Below, piece after piece: positions 62,152 through 64,000 of a stretch of 64,000 nucleotides of DNA. Made by a program: the position numbers and the translations under genes. Location: contig CP110439.1 in assembly GCA_026914245.1 (NCBI GenBank), positions 5,208,001-5,272,000 of the forward strand, written 5' to 3'. Every line of letters starts with the position of its first letter. The stretch's first letter is position 1. Under the pieces are notes generated by a model. That model worked only from the letters and a program-made list of their open reading frames with translations, had not been told where the DNA came from and ran no database searches. Source of the stretch: Puccinia triticina (taxonomy: Eukaryota).

Positions 62152-62839
62152 TGTCAAAAGCGAGGAGGAAGCTGGGGTGGAAGTGGTAACGGTCCCAGTT
62201 CGAATACTTTTCGAATGTTCATTCACAAAGGCGGCACTCGGACAATAGAGCCATCAGGTATTGCCAAACATGAATCAAGATTCGAGGAGAAGTGGGGTCC
62301 AGGAAAAATTCCGGTTTCGCCTGCATACTTTAGCCCGGCTACAGACCCTAACTTAACTAAGTCCCACCCTCCTACAGGTGGAGTGGTAAAACACTGGTCG
62401 CATTGGGCGGGTCCCTGCGGGACAGCTGTGAAGGCCAACCTACTCGGCTTATCTCAATTGGCAAGGTAGCCTAGCATAAGCGAGAGGAGGAAGGATTATT
62501 CTCGTAGAAACTCTAATGAGAATAACCTTTAACACGATGGGATAAAGGATGTTACTTCTATGTTGATAAAATGTAAAGAACAAGAATATCGAGATAAAGA
62601 AAAGAGGAAAGAGGAACAAAGACGAAGAGAGAAACGAGAATATAACAAAACTCTCGGAACAATATTTCTAAAACAACTGAGTATTAATTCGTAAATAAAA
62701 AACTCACAATTGTTAAGCGCATGATTCATCAATCAGATGACATCATTTCTCTTGATTATCTAAACATTAGTTAATATAATTTAAAATAATAACAACCGAT
62801 AAGCCAGTCGTTACAAATTAGACTGACCTTATACTCACA
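62152..62839 (-). mobile_element. 3' LTR of the Gypsy element (left boundary approximate)
   Basis: Minus strand: purine tract GGGAGA, then TGTGAG at 62839. Candidate other end TGTCA at 62152. Confidence 0.55.
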
Positions 62840-64000
62840 AGTCTCCCAAAACTGTATTAGTAATTTTCGCCTTCTTCTTCTTACCCAATCCAAACAATTC
62901 ACCATGAGTTCTTCGAAATATTTCAATTGTAGATCTCAAGCGTTCAGGAATATGAGACTCAGTAATCCAAGTATCTTCTCCTGTTGTCGCATTTTTCCAA
63001 GAGATCAAATATTCATACTTACCTTTCCTAAACTCCCGCGCATCCAAAATCGACCTAATAGCACTCCAATCTACAACTTGATCATCAGTATAGTACTTAT
63101 CCTTAATACCTTCATTTAAACCTCTATTTATCAAACTATTTGGCCCGAAATACCTAACCACCAACGAAACATTAAACACTGGATGTAGCTTTGGGTATTC
63201 CTTCTGTATATTTAAATGAACTGCATTAGTTCCAACCATTTTTTCTACCTGAAAAGGTCCAATATAACGATAATCCAATTTTGAATTTAGACACCGAGTT
63301 TTTATGAATTTCCTCAGCAACAACACCCATTCGCCTTCCTTATAAATCGGCGCAGGCTTCCGCTTCAGATTATAATATTTCGCCTGTTTTATCCTTGCCA
63401 AGTCCAAACACTCCATTGCTGTTTCCTGTGTCTCCTGCAAATCAGTAATAAAAGTATCCAAATCCTTGCGACCGCGAGATTCGGTTAAAATGTTAAACTT
63501 GGGATGATGACCGTAAGTGAAAAAGAAAGGAGAAATCTTCAAGCTTGCCGAATCTAAATTATTTATGGCGAATTCTGCCATATCCAACGCTTTATCCCAG
63601 TTATCCTGGTAATAAGAACAATAATGCCGCAAGTAGTCTTCTAATACTTGATTCATCCTTTCGGTCTGACCATCCGTCTGCGGATGATATGCCGTGGACA
63701 AGGAGCTCCTAATATTCAATGCCGTCATTAGAGATTTCCAAAACTCACTCACAAACGTAGCACCCCTATCCGACACGATGCGCTCCGGCAGCCCATGTAA
63801 TCTAAATATATTTTTTCGAAACAGGTTTGCCAAAACTGCCGACGAAGAAGCTTCCTTGCAAGGAATAAAGTGTGTCAACTTACTTAACAGATCTATTACT
63901 ACTAAAATAGAATCAAACCCCCCCGAAAGGGGTAACTTAGTGATCATATCCATACCGATCATACTCCAAGGCTTCGCATCTGCTACTAAAGATACCAATT
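62835..64000 (-). mobile_element. Ty3/Gypsy chromovirus pol C-terminus (integrase + chromodomain), runs off window
   Basis: PWSMIGMDMITKLP, HGLPERIVSDRG, STAYHPQTDGQTERMNQ, YIGPF, LHPVFNVS, chromodomain YLISWKNATTGEDTWI. Uninterrupted ORF. Confidence 0.93.

Noticed and set aside
62165..62220. tRNA/SINE-like B-box GTTCGAAT
   Set aside because: No cloverleaf or A-box pairing found, and it lies inside the putative Gypsy LTR.

Overview
Eukaryotic, intron-rich fungal DNA. The gene content, GT-AG introns with CTRAC branch sites and the TE landscape resemble a rust fungus (Puccinia-like basidiomycete; inference). Recognisable genes are a Chk1-like kinase (5'-truncated by the window), a SIM-rich SNF2/RING translocase (Uls1/Rrp2-like), CMC4, a GH38 alpha-mannosidase (AMS1), SEN1 helicase, a bHLH transcription factor and QCR2, plus a lineage-specific hypothetical gene, two candidate secreted proteins and three intron-containing tRNA-Val(AAC) genes. 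Intergenic space holds many non-autonomous DNA transposons whose TIRs and target-site duplications can be read directly (CACTA/CMC-like, hAT, Tc1/mariner, PIF/Harbinger), several of them nested. There is also a solo LTR, a decayed Helitron interrupted by a Copia fragment, and the 3' end of a chromodomain Gypsy element. The most unusual signals are: the same GATGACC/GGTCATC stem-loop array inside MITEs of two different superfamilies; a MITE inserted 3 bp upstream of a tRNA whose B-box has a TCG>TTG mutation; and an inverted tRNA gene pair with identical genes but diverged flanks. I found no clear new protein-based system. Exon boundaries and family assignments are by eye.
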